A DNA stretch of 64,000 nt from Camelus ferus (lineage: Eukaryota). The DNA lies in assembly GCF_009834535.1 (NCBI RefSeq), contig NC_045697.1, positions 115,322,001 through 115,386,000 of the forward strand, read 5' to 3'. Made by a program: the position numbers and the translations under genes. The notes under the pieces are model-generated. The model made no database searches. It was given only the letters and a program-made list of their open reading frames with translations, and was not told where the DNA came from. Shown piece after piece: positions 1 through 13,320 of the stretch (position 1 is the stretch's first letter; every line of letters starts with the position of its first letter).

Positions 1-1579
1 ATCTGCAGACACTTCATAAATTAATTACTATAATATATAAGGTATTTCAATGTGGAATTAGGCTATTTGAAATGGGGTTCAATTAGGAGGAGAACATATT
101 CAATTTAAGTAATGCCAGTTCTAGAAAACTAAAGGTACAAAATCAACTATCCTACGTGCACATCATGGAAGGAAGTATGCTATTTGGAAATAATGATGGT
201 TACGGAAAGTATAGTATTTGGAAATTATTAGGTTTAGCAAAGAATAGTGGGAGATTATTTGGTGCAACATAGTAAAAAAAAGGCACAAAAATCAAGGCAA
301 ATTGGTTTACAGTGTTTGGATCTGGTGAATATTTCTACTTCTTGCAAGGAACGTGTGAGTTACAGGTAAGAAAGCACTCATTGATGAGAATATAATGAAA
401 ACTAAAAGTAATGGGAGCAGTAGAGAAGTTCAGATAATACTTAATCGGGAGAGGAAATAATTGACCTTTTTTAAATCAATCATTAAATTGGTGCTATGTC
501 TTGAGAAATGGCTTATCTTAGGTATGACAGTCACGTGGCTCTAACAATGGAGATTAGAGGAACATGGGTCCAGGGTTGGGTTGGAACATGGAGATTAAGC
601 TGGGTCATGACATTGACCCTTGACCAGATGCATTACTCTACTGAGAACACTGTTCTCTTTGTTCAAATGGGATGCACCACTCACAGAAACTGGTTAGTTT
701 ACTTTGTAATCTTTCTGAATGACCTAATTTTTTTATTTCCTATGTTGTATATCAGAGTTGTCTTAATACTAGCTTATAAACATGATTGACAGTCTTTTAT
801 CAGTGCTTTTATGAAGTTACTTATCATGAAGCATTAACAAGTTGTTAATAACATTCCACAATTTGCTGCTATTAAAAAAAGCCCAGCATCTTATGAGCAA
901 AGCTATGTATTAGGGGCCTTCTTATTCACAGACAGAGCATTAATACCTAGCTTGCATGTTGAATTAATAATTTTTATCTTCACCTTGAGAATAACGTCTT
1001 TGCCAAATTTCACAGTGCTTATACATTAAGAATAATTTCAATTATAAATTTAATTTTTTTTTGTTCAGTTATATTGGCCAAAGAAACAGAGTAATATTGT
1101 TAACAATCGCTGTAAATCTGAATATTTTCTTCAACAACCTTGACTTCAAATGTAGTAGCAAAGTAAGGTTCATTTCTTATCCCAGAGCCCAAGGCAAATC
1201 TTAGCTCACCTGACTGATCTTAAGATTAAATCAGTATATCTACTTACAAGCAACACTGCCAGAACATTGATCTGATAATAAATAATGTAGCTTGTACTTG
1301 AAGGCCATGGAAGTTTCCTTCTGCAACATCTGAAAGTACAATTTTCTCAGTCTCCAAGGAAATGTGATAGCCAAATTGCTCAAGTGAAAAAATAGTTACA
1401 ATGGAGGTAAAATAGAACAGGTATTTCACACATCTCATCAATATCTTCTTTAATTCAAGACCTGAGAATACTTTTGCATGATATGTGTAGTCAGTAATTT
1501 TTCTAAATTATAAATATAATAAAAGTACAAGCTACTCCCCAAAATATAATTATGTATTTAGAAATTAAAAACAAAGAAC

Positions 1580-2345
1580 ATAATAATAGTGCCCCTTTAC
1601 TGAGCACATACAGTGTGGGTTTCATATACAGTAACTCTTTAATTCTCATATGATAGGCAGAATTCTAAGATAACCATCTATGACTCCTGCCCTTGTACAA
1701 TCCCCTCCTCCTAAGTGACTATGGGACCTATGCATATGATGGACATCTCTCAGGATTGTGTTACATGGATTTTGTAGATGTAATTAAGGTCCCTAATCAG
1801 TTGACTTTGAGTTAATCTAAAGGGAGATTATGCAGATGAGCAAGACCTATTTAACTGAGTCCTTAAAAGAGACAAGCAGTAACATAAATTTTACTGCTGG
1901 GCTATGTGAAAGTAAACAACCCTTGTGAACTGTCTCTAGAGGGTCTAGGCAGCCAGGAGCTGAGGGTGATGTGTAGGAGCTGAGAGTGAACCCCATCTGA
2001 CAGCCAGCAGGAAGAGAGACACCTCAGTCCTACAACCACAAGGAGCTAGGTTCTGTCAACAACCTCAATGACAAGAGGAATCAGAGATCCAGAGGGGTGT
2101 CTCAGGTCTGGCCAACTCCTTGGTTTCACTTTCCTGAGAAATGAGCAGTGAGCTCATTCTGATCCACAGAAACTGAGATAACGAACTTATGTTACTTTGA
2201 AATACTAACTTTGAGGTGATTTATTACACAGCTATAGGAAACTAATATATCTCACAATAGCCTTACACTGTAGATATTATTATCTTCCTTTAGGACAATA
2301 AGAAAACTGAGGCTCAAAGGGGTTATGTGAAACAGCTGGGATTAG
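1580..2345 (-). mobile_element. MIR SINE, split by an MLT1 LTR (pieces ~1580-1648 and ~2250-2345)
   Basis: Reverse-complement MIR core and tail motifs (taataatagtgcccctttactgagcacatac; attattatcttcc...gaaaactgaggctcaaaggggttatgtga) continue across the LTR. Confidence 0.75.
1649..2249 (+). mobile_element. MaLR solo LTR, MLT1E-like
   Basis: Starts tatgataggcagaattctaagat, contains gatgtaattaaggtccctaatcagttgactttgagttaat, ends ggaaactaatata. Exact 5-bp TSD tctca at 1644-1648 and 2250-2254. Confidence 0.9.
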
Positions 2346-2559
2346 AAAAAGCTCTATTTTTAATGCAAACATCCATACCTGTATCCTCTCCACAGCCACT
2401 TTATTGCCTAAATAGTTCACAAAATTTCATTTCACTCAAAAGTGAATCATCATATTACTATAATCCTATAAGACAACAAAAATATTCCTTGTATTTCAAG
2501 GAATAGTGTTAACCTTATAGACTTGTGAAATATGGCAATGACTGATCTTTTCACTGACT

Positions 2560-3915
2560 CCATGCTTGCTTTTAAAAATCCAGAATGTCATATAGTTGGT
2601 TTTATATTGTATGTAGAGTATCTGGTGTCTTTCACTTAGCAATATGCATTTAAGTTTTCTCCATATCCTTTCATGGTTTGATAACTCATTTTCAGTGCTG
2701 AATAATATTCCATTGTCTAGATGTACCACAGTTTATTTATCTATTTTCCTACTGAAGAACGTCTAGATTGCTTCCAAGTTTTAGCAATTATGAATAAATC
2801 TGCTATAAACATCCATGTGCAGGATTTTCTGTTGACATGAGATTCAACTCCTTTGGATACATAAATACCATGTAGCATGTTTGCTAGATCATATGGTAAG
2901 AATATGTTTAGTTTTGTAAGTAACTGTTAAACTCTCTTTCAAAGTGGCTTTGCAATTTTGCATTCCCACCAACAATATAAGAAAATTCCTGTTGCTGCAC
3001 ATCTATAGTGGTATCTCATTATTGCTTTAATTTGCATTTTCCTAATGATATAAGGTATCACGTTACTTACTCCTCTTTTCATATACTTATTTGCCAACTC
3101 TATATCTTCTTTAAAGTCTTTGGCCCATTTTAATTGGGTTCTTTGTTTCCTTGTTGTTTTAAGTGTCTGAATACACACACACACATATATATAATAACAA
3201 TTTTTATCAGATGTATTTTCAAAATATTTTCTGTTGATCTGTGGCTTTTCTTCTCATTCTTTTGATATTTTCTTTCACAGAACAGAAATTTTCAATTTTA
3301 ATGAAGTCCAGCTTATCAATTATTTCTATCGCAGATTGTATTTTTGGTGTTATATCCTAAAAGGCATCACATACCCAAGCTCATCTAGGTTTTCTCCTAT
3401 GTTATCTTCTAGGAATTTTTTAGTTTTTCATTTTACCTCTTGGCCAATGATATATTTTGAGTTAATTTTTCTGACTGAGGTAAGATCTGTGTTGAGATTC
3501 AGTTTTTTTTATGCATGTGAATGTCTAGTTGTCCCAAGCGCCATTTGTTGAAGAGACAATCTTGCTCTATTGTACTGCCTTTGCTCCTTTGTCAAAAATC
3601 AGTTGTCTGTATTTATGTGGGTCTATTTGTGGGCTCTCAATTCTGTTCCAGTAATATATTAGTCTATTCAATCACCATTACCACCCTGTCTTCATTACTG
3701 TATCTGTAACTCGAATCCTGAATTCAGGTAGCATCAGTTCTTCAACTTTGTTCATTTCCTTTAATATTGTGTTCACCATTCTGGGTCTTTTACCTCTCCA
3801 TGTAACCTTAGAATCGGTTTATCAATATCCATAAAATAACATGCTAAGATTTTGATTGGGATTGCATTGAATCTATAGATTAACCTGGGATGAACTGACA
3901 TTTTGAAAATATTGA
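2560..3915 (-). mobile_element. Old L1 (L1MC-like), ORF2 C-terminus plus part of the 3'UTR, decayed
   Basis: Minus ORF 2939-3184 has L1 ORF2 motifs (KWAKDF..., IRKMQIKAIMRYH, CWWECK); typical antisense L1 sequence such as gattgggattgcattgaatctatagat. Confidence 0.9.
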
Positions 3916-3924
3916 GGAAGAGTT

Positions 3925-4920
3925 ACTTTTGTACAGGATGTAAGAGAAAATTTTCAGTTATGAGGTGGTTTTTGAATAGAACCATGAAAAAACTAAAGAC
4001 AGATTAAAAATAGGATATCTGGTAAAGTCTGAATACAAAGAAAGGGGGGAAATGCTTGTCATGCTTGTAGAATTTCAAAGAATTTATTGTGATTGCAATT
4101 CAGTGAACAGTAGTAATGGAAATAGAAACTGAGGTCAGACGAGTCATGAAATTCCAAACACTTCGGACTTGAAGGGCACGTTAAGGCACTCCGATATTTA
4201 CCTTGAAAGTAAGGAGATGTCATTGGAGAGATTTGACCACAGAGGTGACATTATTTGCTGAAAATTGTTAAGTTTCATTCTTGCATCTGTGTTACAAATG
4301 GATTGTTGGAACAGAAGGAAGAATTCAGGGGAAGGAGGTAAATTAGGAAACTATTATTGTAATCCAAGCAAGAGGTGATGGTGCCCTGGGTAAGATGATA
4401 GAGGAGGATGAGTAAGAAAGCTTCAGACTCTGAGGATATTTCAAAGGGAGCATCAAGAATAGATAGATTGAATATAAGATGTGGAAGAAAGATGGACCTT
4501 GCATGGCTCCCAGTTGCTTGTCCTGAGTAACAGAAAAGGGTGAAGGAGCTCTTTTCTGAGGTATGTAAGACCATGGAGAAGCATGCTTGGAGGTAGAAAA
4601 AATTTTTTAAATGTTTTTTGGGGACATTTCTTATGTTAGAGATACTAGACATCAAAATAGAGGGGTCACATAGGCAGGTATACACACATCTGAAGTTCAT
4701 GGAAGAGGTACAAACAATTTGTGAGTCATTGGTACAAGGAGGACATTTAAAGCCAAAGATTGAATGGAAACTCAAAAGGTGCGAATGCAGAGATGAGAGA
4801 ACACGTGCAGTCTGAATCCTGAGACATCAAAGTGATGAAGTAAAACCACCAAAGAAAATTGAGAAGGAGCAGCCATTGTGGCAAGGAAACTAATAGTAGT
4901 TTTCCAAAAGCTGTGAAATC
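3925..4920 (-). mobile_element. L2 LINE fragment
   Basis: Purine-rich antisense L2 pattern (aggaaactattattgtaatccaagcaagaggtgatggtgccctgg; ttgggacatttcttatgttagagatactagacatcaaaatagagg). Confidence 0.8.
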
Positions 4921-6489
4921 ACCTGGATTTATCAATATTCATCGACATCTGTCAGGCTGGTGGAGCAGGACCTCTGAGAGTGATGGGTGGAAAGTCAGAA
5001 TAAGGTGAGAACTGAAGGCAAGTCCAAATAAGGCACTATATTTTCTGAAAACAAGTTCTTTTCTATATTGCAGCTGGGGTATGCCTCAAGGTTTACCAGC
5101 ACTCTCATCTTTGCTCTTTACATTGAAAAACATAGTCTTCCTTTTGATTATTTATAATGCTGAATTTTGAAGACCCTATTTTACAAGTATTGTTGACTTA
5201 ACTCTCACCATTTGGTGGCTCAAGTCTTCTATCTGACCTCCATGTGTTATGACTTTGAGGCTTAGTAACATTTTGATTCTACCTACCTATCTGGTTTGAA
5301 TGAAAAGATATGGAAATTTGAATTGATTTTTTTGATGAATTGTCTGAGGATGAACTGAAGGTTATGACCAAGTCTAAATAATGAGGTCTTTTCATCTTAC
5401 ACACCTCATTTAACCACTACTCCTTCAAAACTAACCTAAAATAATAATAATGTCAAAATAATGATATACATGTAGTTGCCCAAAATGCCTGATTTAAGCT
5501 ATAGAACATGTATTTCCACTGATACTCTAGTCAAATACAAATTTATGTGATTTTTAAAGAAAATGTGTGAACTCTTAAATATTAAAAAAAGTATCTGCAG
5601 TTATGGTAGGTAAGCTTTTTAAAGCAATATCTCTACATCTTACTGTAAGGCATGATACTAACTTTTCAAATATGGTTCTTACCTTCTAACATGAAAAAAA
5701 TAAATAGTGTAGAATTGACTTGGGAATCAGAAATTCAGAATAAGCCTTAAATATGCAACAAGTTTAGGCTATAATCCTGAATGATGCACTTAACCTATTT
5801 CAAAAAGAATTGAGCAAAAGCAGATACCACAAGTCACACCTTTGCCAGTGCCTAAAGGTAGAACTCTATGTATTTATGCATGAGTAAAATATTTGATATT
5901 TTGAATGTACAACAGTTCATAAATATACTCTTATGAATTAAAACCTGAAATCTTAGGTATTTCACAAGTAATGCAATCAGAAACAGCAAAGCCTGTTTAG
6001 TAGATCCTTAAAAAATGTACAAACATATATCAAGGCATAAATTAAGACATCCATGGTAGCCTGCCCTGAGTTTGGAGAGCTCTGTACATCTTTTCAAGTG
6101 AATTTATCATTTTTAGGTATATATTTTCATGATATAATCTGAATGAGCTCTCCTCATCAAGTGTCTCAACTTTGTAGCTTTTTATCACAACAATAATGCT
6201 TCTAATTCACTAGAGTGAGCTGTACATCCTTAGTCAAAAAGAACTGGTCTGCCATATTCCTTTCTGTGGTAGATACTGCCATAATCTCTCAGGCACCATC
6301 ATCATCCATGCTCTTGAAACTCTACAAAAAACATTTGGCCATGGGAACTTTCCAACATAGACAAAGTAAATCACTTAGTATAATGAAACCTCACATACCT
6401 ATCTCCTAACTTTAATAACTCAGTACTCTTGATTCATCAATACTTAATGCCAATTCAAAGCTCCTCTACTTAATTTTTACTATTTTATA

Positions 6490-7095
6490 GTATTTTTTTG
6501 AGGTAAAATTGATGTGCATTGAATTTCACACATCTAGACTGGATAATTTAACAAACAAAGATATGTATTGTACCCAAAGCCCTAACTAGCTGTCGAACAT
6601 TCCTATCATACTAGAAATTTTTCCCATGGCCCTAACTGGTCCAACCTCCCAACAGAAGCAACCACTTGTCTGATTATTGTCACTCTGGATAAGCCTGCCA
6701 GTTCAAGAGTGTAATCGAAATTGAATCAGCTCTGCTTCTTTGACCCAGCATACTGTCTAAGAGTCATCCTTGTTGCTGCAGGCAGCTGTCCTTGCATTCT
6801 ACCACCATTTATGAATCCATTCCCCCTGTTAATGGATTGTTTGAAGTCAGGGTTGATCATAAATAAAGGGCCTATGAAAATCCTCATATATAATTGTTTG
6901 GCTAGAAATACACTTTTATTCCTCTTGGATTAAAATATCTAAAAGTGGAATTTCTGGCTCAAATGGTAAGTTGATGTTTGATGTTAAAAGAAACTTTCAT
7001 AACGTTTTAGAAAGCATATTTATCATTTTATATTCCTAACAGCCATAGATGATATTTTTGTTAACTTCTTATCTTAGCCAACATTTTGTGTTTGC
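6490..7095 (-). mobile_element. Old L1 3' end (L1ME-like)
   Basis: ttttttgaggtaaaatt... start, agaagcaaccacttgtctgatt, and aagtggaatttctggctcaaatggtaag motifs. Confidence 0.7.
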
Positions 7096-7099
7096 CAAT

Positions 7100-8235
7100 T
7101 TTTTATTTAAATAGCTTTATCGAGATGTAATACAGGTACTGTAAAATCCACCCATTTAAAGTGTTCTATTCCATTGATTTTGGTATATTTTCAGGGTGAT
7201 GTGTAATAAAAAGAAAGACTCCATTTTCAATGTTTGACCTGAAAGTTTGTAAATACTACTTTTACCCCTTTGCCCTTCCTCTTTTGCCCTGTATCTGGGC
7301 AAAGCAATAAGACAGCCCTGTATCTTCCCTCCCTTGGCCCTGGTTCAAAGTTCAAGCCTCACAAACCTCGGTCCATGAGCAAGAACTGTCACTCTGGCCC
7401 AAACTGCAGCCGTAGCAAAAGCAGAAGTCACTGTCTCTCTTCGTGTCTGTCATCTGGTCAGGCCTGCGCCAGCCTTGCTCTCCCTGGAGAGTCCCATAGT
7501 GTGAGTAATGAACCTTTTCACAACCTCCTGCTTTGTGAGGCACAATCAGTCTCAATGTGCAAAGTAATCTGAGTTGGAGGTTGATCCTGACATCCTTGGG
7601 AAACTAACAAACATCATGTGACCACATAGTCTAATTCTGGAACATCTTTACCACCTCAAAAGGAAGTTTCATCCACATCAGCACTCACTCCTCATCGGAT
7701 CTCCCGTCTCCACCCGCCACCCCCCACCCCCAGACTGAGACAAGCGCTGGTCTACTTTCTGTCTCTAGATCTGCCTTTTCTATACAATTCATATCGATGG
7801 AATCATGCAATAGGTGGTCCTTTGTGACTTTCATTCAGCATAATACTTGTGAAATTCATCCACGTTGTAGCGTGTATCAACACTTTACAGTTTCTCACTG
7901 CCAAATAATATAACATCGTGTGACTAGACCACATTTTGTTTAATGACTCATCAATTGATGAACATTTGAGGTTTTTTCCCCACTTTTTGGCTACAATGAA
8001 TACTTATGATGAGCCGTCATGTGCAAGTCTATTTGTGGAGATACGTTTTCATTACCCCTGTGAACTCTTAGGAGTAAAATTGCTAGGTCATGTGATAACT
8101 TTATGTGTCACATTTTGAGGAACTTTCAAACTCCTGTCCCAGAGCATTTGCGCTATTTTTCCTTTCAAATGCAATATATAAGGGTTCGAATTGCTCCAGA
8201 CTTTTGCCAACCCTTATTATTGTGTTTTTTTTATC
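7100..8235 (-). mobile_element. Old L1 3' end (L1MB-like) interrupted by an LTR at 7202-7613
   Basis: aaatagctttatcgagatgtaatacag...cccatttaaagtg on the left resumes as tctaattctggaacatctttaccacc...ctactttctgtctctagat on the right. Confidence 0.85.
7202..7613 (+). mobile_element. Solo LTR, probably ERVL class
   Basis: TG...CA termini (tgtaataaaaagaaagactcc...actaacaaaca) and a near 5-bp TSD tgatg/tcatg; cleanly interrupts an L1. Confidence 0.75.
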
Positions 8236-8531
8236 ACAACTCTGTTCTTGATAACTGCTTTATCTCTATTTGCTTCTAAGATTTTTCATAAACTGTATCT
8301 AAAACACATTTTATCTGTTTATCTATGTTTTTATCTCTCTTGTGGTAGTAGAAGAGGCAGAGAGATATCTTAATCATATTTACTGATTTAATAAGGCCAT
8401 ATACAGCCTGTTAATCTGTTAGGAATTTGCAGTGCTAACAGGTGAGGGTAGGAAGACCCTAAAAAACTGTCCCACAACAAAAATAATACCTAGATGTGAA
8501 TAAAGAATGAGCTGGAAGGGAGAAATTAATA

Positions 8532-8860
8532 ATTTTTTATTGAATTATAGTTGATTTATAATATTATTCTAGTTTCAGGTATACAGCATAGTAATTCAAA
8601 GTTTTTATAAATTATACTCCATTTAAAGCTATTACAAGATAATGGCTATATTTCTCTGTGCTGTACAATATATCCTTATTAATATTTATTTTTATACTTA
8701 GTAGTTTGAATCTCTTAATTTCATATTTTTATCTCACCTGTCCCCCCTTACCTGTGGTATATATACAATGGAATATAACTCAACCATAAAAAATAAAATT
8801 CTGCCATTTGCAACGTGGATGGACCTAGAGAGTATTATGCTTAGTGAAATAAGTCAGAGA
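8532..8860 (-). mobile_element. 5'-truncated L1 with 5' inversion
   Basis: 8532-8751 is an antisense L1 3' terminus; 8752-8860 is sense, more upstream L1 sequence (tgtggtatatatacaatggaatataactcaaccataaa...aagtcagaga). Confidence 0.85.
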
Positions 8861-9828
8861 ACACAATTTTTTCATCACTAAATATATTAAAGGTAGTAAA
8901 ACAAATCAAGTTAAAATCATAGTAATAAAGAGAAACATCTCAGCTATCTTTTAATAAATTAAGTAAGTAAAGTGAAAGATTACACCATTGCCACTTCCCA
9001 TTTAGTATCAAAATCATTCTGAATTATCAGTGTCTAATTAGACATTTTTGAAACAAAGGGAGAAAAAAGACAACTGTGGGTCTTTAACAGCACATGGTAA
9101 TGAAAAAAATATTAGGTGGATGTCTAAAAATGTGTTTTTCCTTCTAAGAAATAAAGCATTAAAGCAGAATTGTAATACACTGAGCACTGAGACTAAATAA
9201 TCCCAGGGATATCATTTACTGAGGCAAAAATCTCTAAAATAGATCACTGGTAATCCAGTGACTAGTAGGCTCCTTCTAATATCTTAAATGCTTTTAATCA
9301 GTAGCTTAGAATATTTCAATAGGGCCACAAATATCTATTGGTTTCCAATGATGAGAGTTCATGAGCTTGTGTAAACAAAGCTCCCAGATTCTTTGTTTTA
9401 CATTTTAACCTAGATGTTTCATATTGTGTATACATCCTAGACACAATAAAGGAAGAAAATGCATTACCTATATATGTACGTTTCATGACAGTTATCACAC
9501 TATTAGAAATAAACACTAAAACTATATAAGCCTCCCTTGGGATTGCAAGTCAGTTAAAATTTTAAAAGTACTTACAAAGGTGAAAACTATTAAAAATGTA
9601 GCCATATTATTTTATATTTTTAGATATCTTTGGATATTCAACTTTTTTTTTTGCTTTCTAATGTATTTAATTTTATTCCAGGGAATGCCATAGAACCTGA
9701 GGAAATTTTTATTTAACACTGATTTATAAATGAGTGCTTGAGTTTTAAGTTAAAAAAAAGTCAATTGTTAAAATTAATATGTTTAGTACTGTACTTTAGT
9801 AATTATTTAAGAAAAATACTGTGAAAAA

Positions 9829-10377
9829 AAAGGAAACAACCTAAATGTCCATCAAGAGATAACTGGATAAAGAAGTTGTGGCATATTTTTACAATGGAAT
9901 ATTAATCAGCCGTAAAAAAGACTAAAATGCCGTTTGCAGCAACATGGATGGACATGGAGATTGTCATTCTAAGTGAAGTAAGCCAGAAAGAGAAAAAAAA
10001 AAAAAACATATGATATCACTTATATGTGGAATCTAAAATAAAAGACACAAATGACCTTATTTACCAAACAGAAACAGACTCACAGACATAGAAAACAAAC
10101 TTATGGTTACCAGGAGGAAAAGGGAGTGGGAAGGGATAAATTGAGAGTTTGAGGTTTGCAGATACTAACTACTGTATATAAGATACATAACACAACGAGT
10201 TTATACTATATAGCACAGGGAACTATATTCAATATCTTGTAGTAAATTATAATGAAAAAGAATATGAAAAGGAATATATATATGTATATGTATGACTGAA
10301 ACATTATCTTGTACACCAGAAATTGACGCACCATTGTAAATTGACTATACTTAAATAAAAATGGAAAAGAAGAAAAA
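9829..10377 (+). mobile_element. Young 5'-truncated L1 (artiodactyl/camelid type) 3' end
   Basis: ORF2 end, 3'UTR and A-tail; exact 20-bp TSD aagaaaaatactgtgaaaaa at 9809-9828 and 10378-10397. Confidence 0.95.
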
Positions 10378-10689
10378 AAGAAAAATACTGTGAAAAAGTC
10401 ATTGTCTGGAGACACTATTTATCATTCATGTGGTAAGAAATATCAGCATGACTTATTTTAAAATATTCATTAAGAATGAATGCTATCATATTTACTTAAG
10501 TTCAAATTCAATTATTTTAATTTTTTCTATAATGGATGACATTTGCTTACCCGAGAGCACAGATCAGATATTTTAAATTAAAATTATATACTTGTATGTA
10601 TAGCTATGCTTGTTTTATATAAACATATTCAATTCACAGCAAAATCCTTTTTTTTTTCATGATGAAGTTGTGAATAAAATCTGATGGAC

Positions 10690-10850
10690 ACTACAACAAT
10701 GCTGTTCCCTTCAAAGGGTACCAAACACTCTTTGATCAAATGAGAAATGATCAAAGTCTAAGGCTGCTTTAAAAATCCATGAAAATATGAAACTCAAGTG
10801 CTTTCTTCACATTTCTCCTTGAGTCGGTCCTTTGATAGTCCATTTTATTA
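10690..10850. promoter_or_regulatory. Candidate Wnt-responsive enhancer core (TCF/LEF site cluster)
   Basis: Four CTTTGWW matches (10710-16, 10730-36, 10750-56, 10830-36), SOX-type AACAATG 10695-10701 and TTTATTA 10844-50, in repeat-free sequence; motif evidence only. Confidence 0.4.
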
Positions 10851-12189
10851 AAAGAAAAAGGAAGGAAACTCATCTCACACAGAGAATAAAGCTATGGAAA
10901 CATCATGTTGGTGATATTTCATTACAGGTGGATTTATCCTGACACTGAAAAGTCAGCATTTTGAAGTGAAAGTCATCCATGATCTAAGGCATGTGTTCCT
11001 TTCCGATGTCACAGTTGCTCCTTTATGTCAGTCAAGGAATTCATTTTTTATAGTTAAATTTTACTGCTGTTTAGATGCTTGTTTGATTTGAGAACATCTT
11101 AAATTTAACTGAAGATATCAGCGCTAAAGCAGTCAGAAAAGACTGAGTTTACTCCTAGATGGAATGGCGAAATATCTTACCAATGTGCAGTCCACCGCGT
11201 TCAGCAGCTCTGCAAAATTACCAAAACCAAGAATGGCCCCAGAGTGCCTTTGCTAATGTTATATCCCATTTCTGTGTCATCAGCAAACCAAATTCTGTTA
11301 GTAGCTAGCATTCACTGATGTACTGGTACAAAGCTTGCCAACACTGGATTTAGAAAATAACTTTTCAAGTTTTTTTTTCCTTGCTATCAAAACCCCATCT
11401 TGTCATCCTCTCTAAAAGAGAAATATGCAAATATACATCATTAACGATACAGTATATATTACAAAGAGAAGAATAATCCTTGCAGCTAAAATGAAGATAG
11501 GGGATTTATTTGTATCATCTTAAAACACAGAGTGATCAAATACAGATGCTCCTGGTGATGTATTTGGTTTCTACTTTCTTAACGATAGAAACAATGCATA
11601 CGGCTTTATTATTTAGGAGAATGAGAGCATCGCAAATCTTATCCATCCAGTTTCCTAGAACACATAGGGAAAATATTAACCACCAATGAGATGGATGGAA
11701 TTCTATGAAATGGTATCTTCCTTCTACTTAGCAGTCTCTCCTGTTTCTGCAACCAAGCCCATCATGTACCGTTCACTGTACAAACTAGCACCAGTAACAC
11801 GAGCTCCCAATTACAAAGCAGCCCACCGGGGCCAGCACAGTGGGGTAGACGTACTTGTATATGTTTTAAAGGAAACAAGAACAAGAGCTGAATTTCATAT
11901 TTTTTCTCTTACCGGAATTCCACTGTTCTCCGGCTCATTTCACGTGTCTCAAGAGTAAGCCTATTCTTTGCATCAGTGGACTCTTAACTCTGTTCTGTGA
12001 GGCCTTCAGGTTCCATGGAAGAGTCTTCAGGCCACAGAGGGCGTTTGTGGAACAGGTAGAAACCCAGGCAGGCTGCATAGCAGGCCCAGTGTTTTCAAGA
12101 AAAACTTTTATTTACTCAAGGAAATCTTATTTTTAACTCTTCATATATAATTGAGTCCCACATTTGCTTTTTAAATAAAATTTCCAAAA

Positions 12190-13320
12190 TTTTTGAATTG
12201 TCTTATATTTACTGAAAAATTGTGAAGATAGTACAAAGAATTCCCATTTGCACCAGACCTAATTGTCCCAGTATTTACATGTTAATTTAAAATGGTACCT
12301 TAGTCACAACCGAAGAACCGATTTTGATACATTCTTATTACCTAGAGCCATATGTCCCTGTTTCCGTGGGTTTTGCCTAATGTCCTTTCTCTGTTCCAGG
12401 ATCATTTTAAGGATCCTACATTGGATTGAGGGTTCAAGGATCCTTAGGTTCCTCTTGGTTGTGACAGGGTCTCAGTTTCTTTATTTTCCATGACCTTGAC
12501 TGTTTTGAGAAGCATTGATCAGTATGGTCTAGAACGTCCCTCAGTTTAGCTTTGTCTGATGTTTTTCTCATGATTAGGATGAAGTGATGTCCTTCTTGGG
12601 CAAAAGCTCATAGAGGTAAAATGCCACATTCATAGTATCATACCAAGAGTAGGTATTACCAACATGTCTTGTCAATGTTGACATTAGCCTTGGTGACCTG
12701 GCCCAGGTTGTGTTTGTCAGGTTTCTACACTGCAACTTTTTTTTTATGTTTACACTTTACTCTTTGGAAGAATTCACTGAAAGTAGCCTACACTTAAGGG
12801 GGGGTTCCATCTTTTCGAGAAAGGAGCACCTACATTAATTATTCGGAATTCTGTATGGGATATCTGTTTTTCCCCTCTGTTCAATTATTGTTATATGCTT
12901 TTGAATTGAGATATAAGTGACATACAACATTATATTAGTTTCAGGTGTTCATCACAATATTTTATATTTGTATATATTGCAAACTATGAATGACTCTTTG
13001 TATCAGCGTGGACTTGGATATTTATTTATACTTTGGGTTATAAGCCAATACTGCTTTAAATTTTTTTGCTCAAATTTTTCCATCTTTGGACATTGAGAGC
13101 TGTTTCCGTTGGCTCCTATGTCCTTTTGACATACTCATATCAATAGGTATTTGTGTGTGTGTGCATGTATGTTTCCTTATACTATAGGAAGCTACAGGTT
13201 CCTCTTGAATATCTCCTGCTCGAGTCCTAGGATCATCCAGGAGCCCTTGCTTCCTTTCACTGGAGAATGGTATTATAACCCCCAGATCTTGGTGGTGATG
13301 TGCTTGTCACTACTAAGTGT
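12190..13320 (-). mobile_element. L1MC4/5-like 3'UTR, with a small nested L1 3' fragment at ~12900-12985
   Basis: gaaaaattgtgaagatagtacaaagaattccc; ttccatgaccttgactgttttgagaag; tttgtctgatgtttttctcatgattag; cttcctttcactggagaatggtatt. Confidence 0.85.

Noticed and set aside
508..789. 93-aa ORF and nearby plus-strand splice-like signals (350-366, 628-692)
   Set aside because: No recognisable protein; such signals are frequent by chance in AT-rich DNA.
4275..4775. Longest ORF in the track (166 aa)
   Set aside because: Lies within a decayed L2 and has no recognisable domain.
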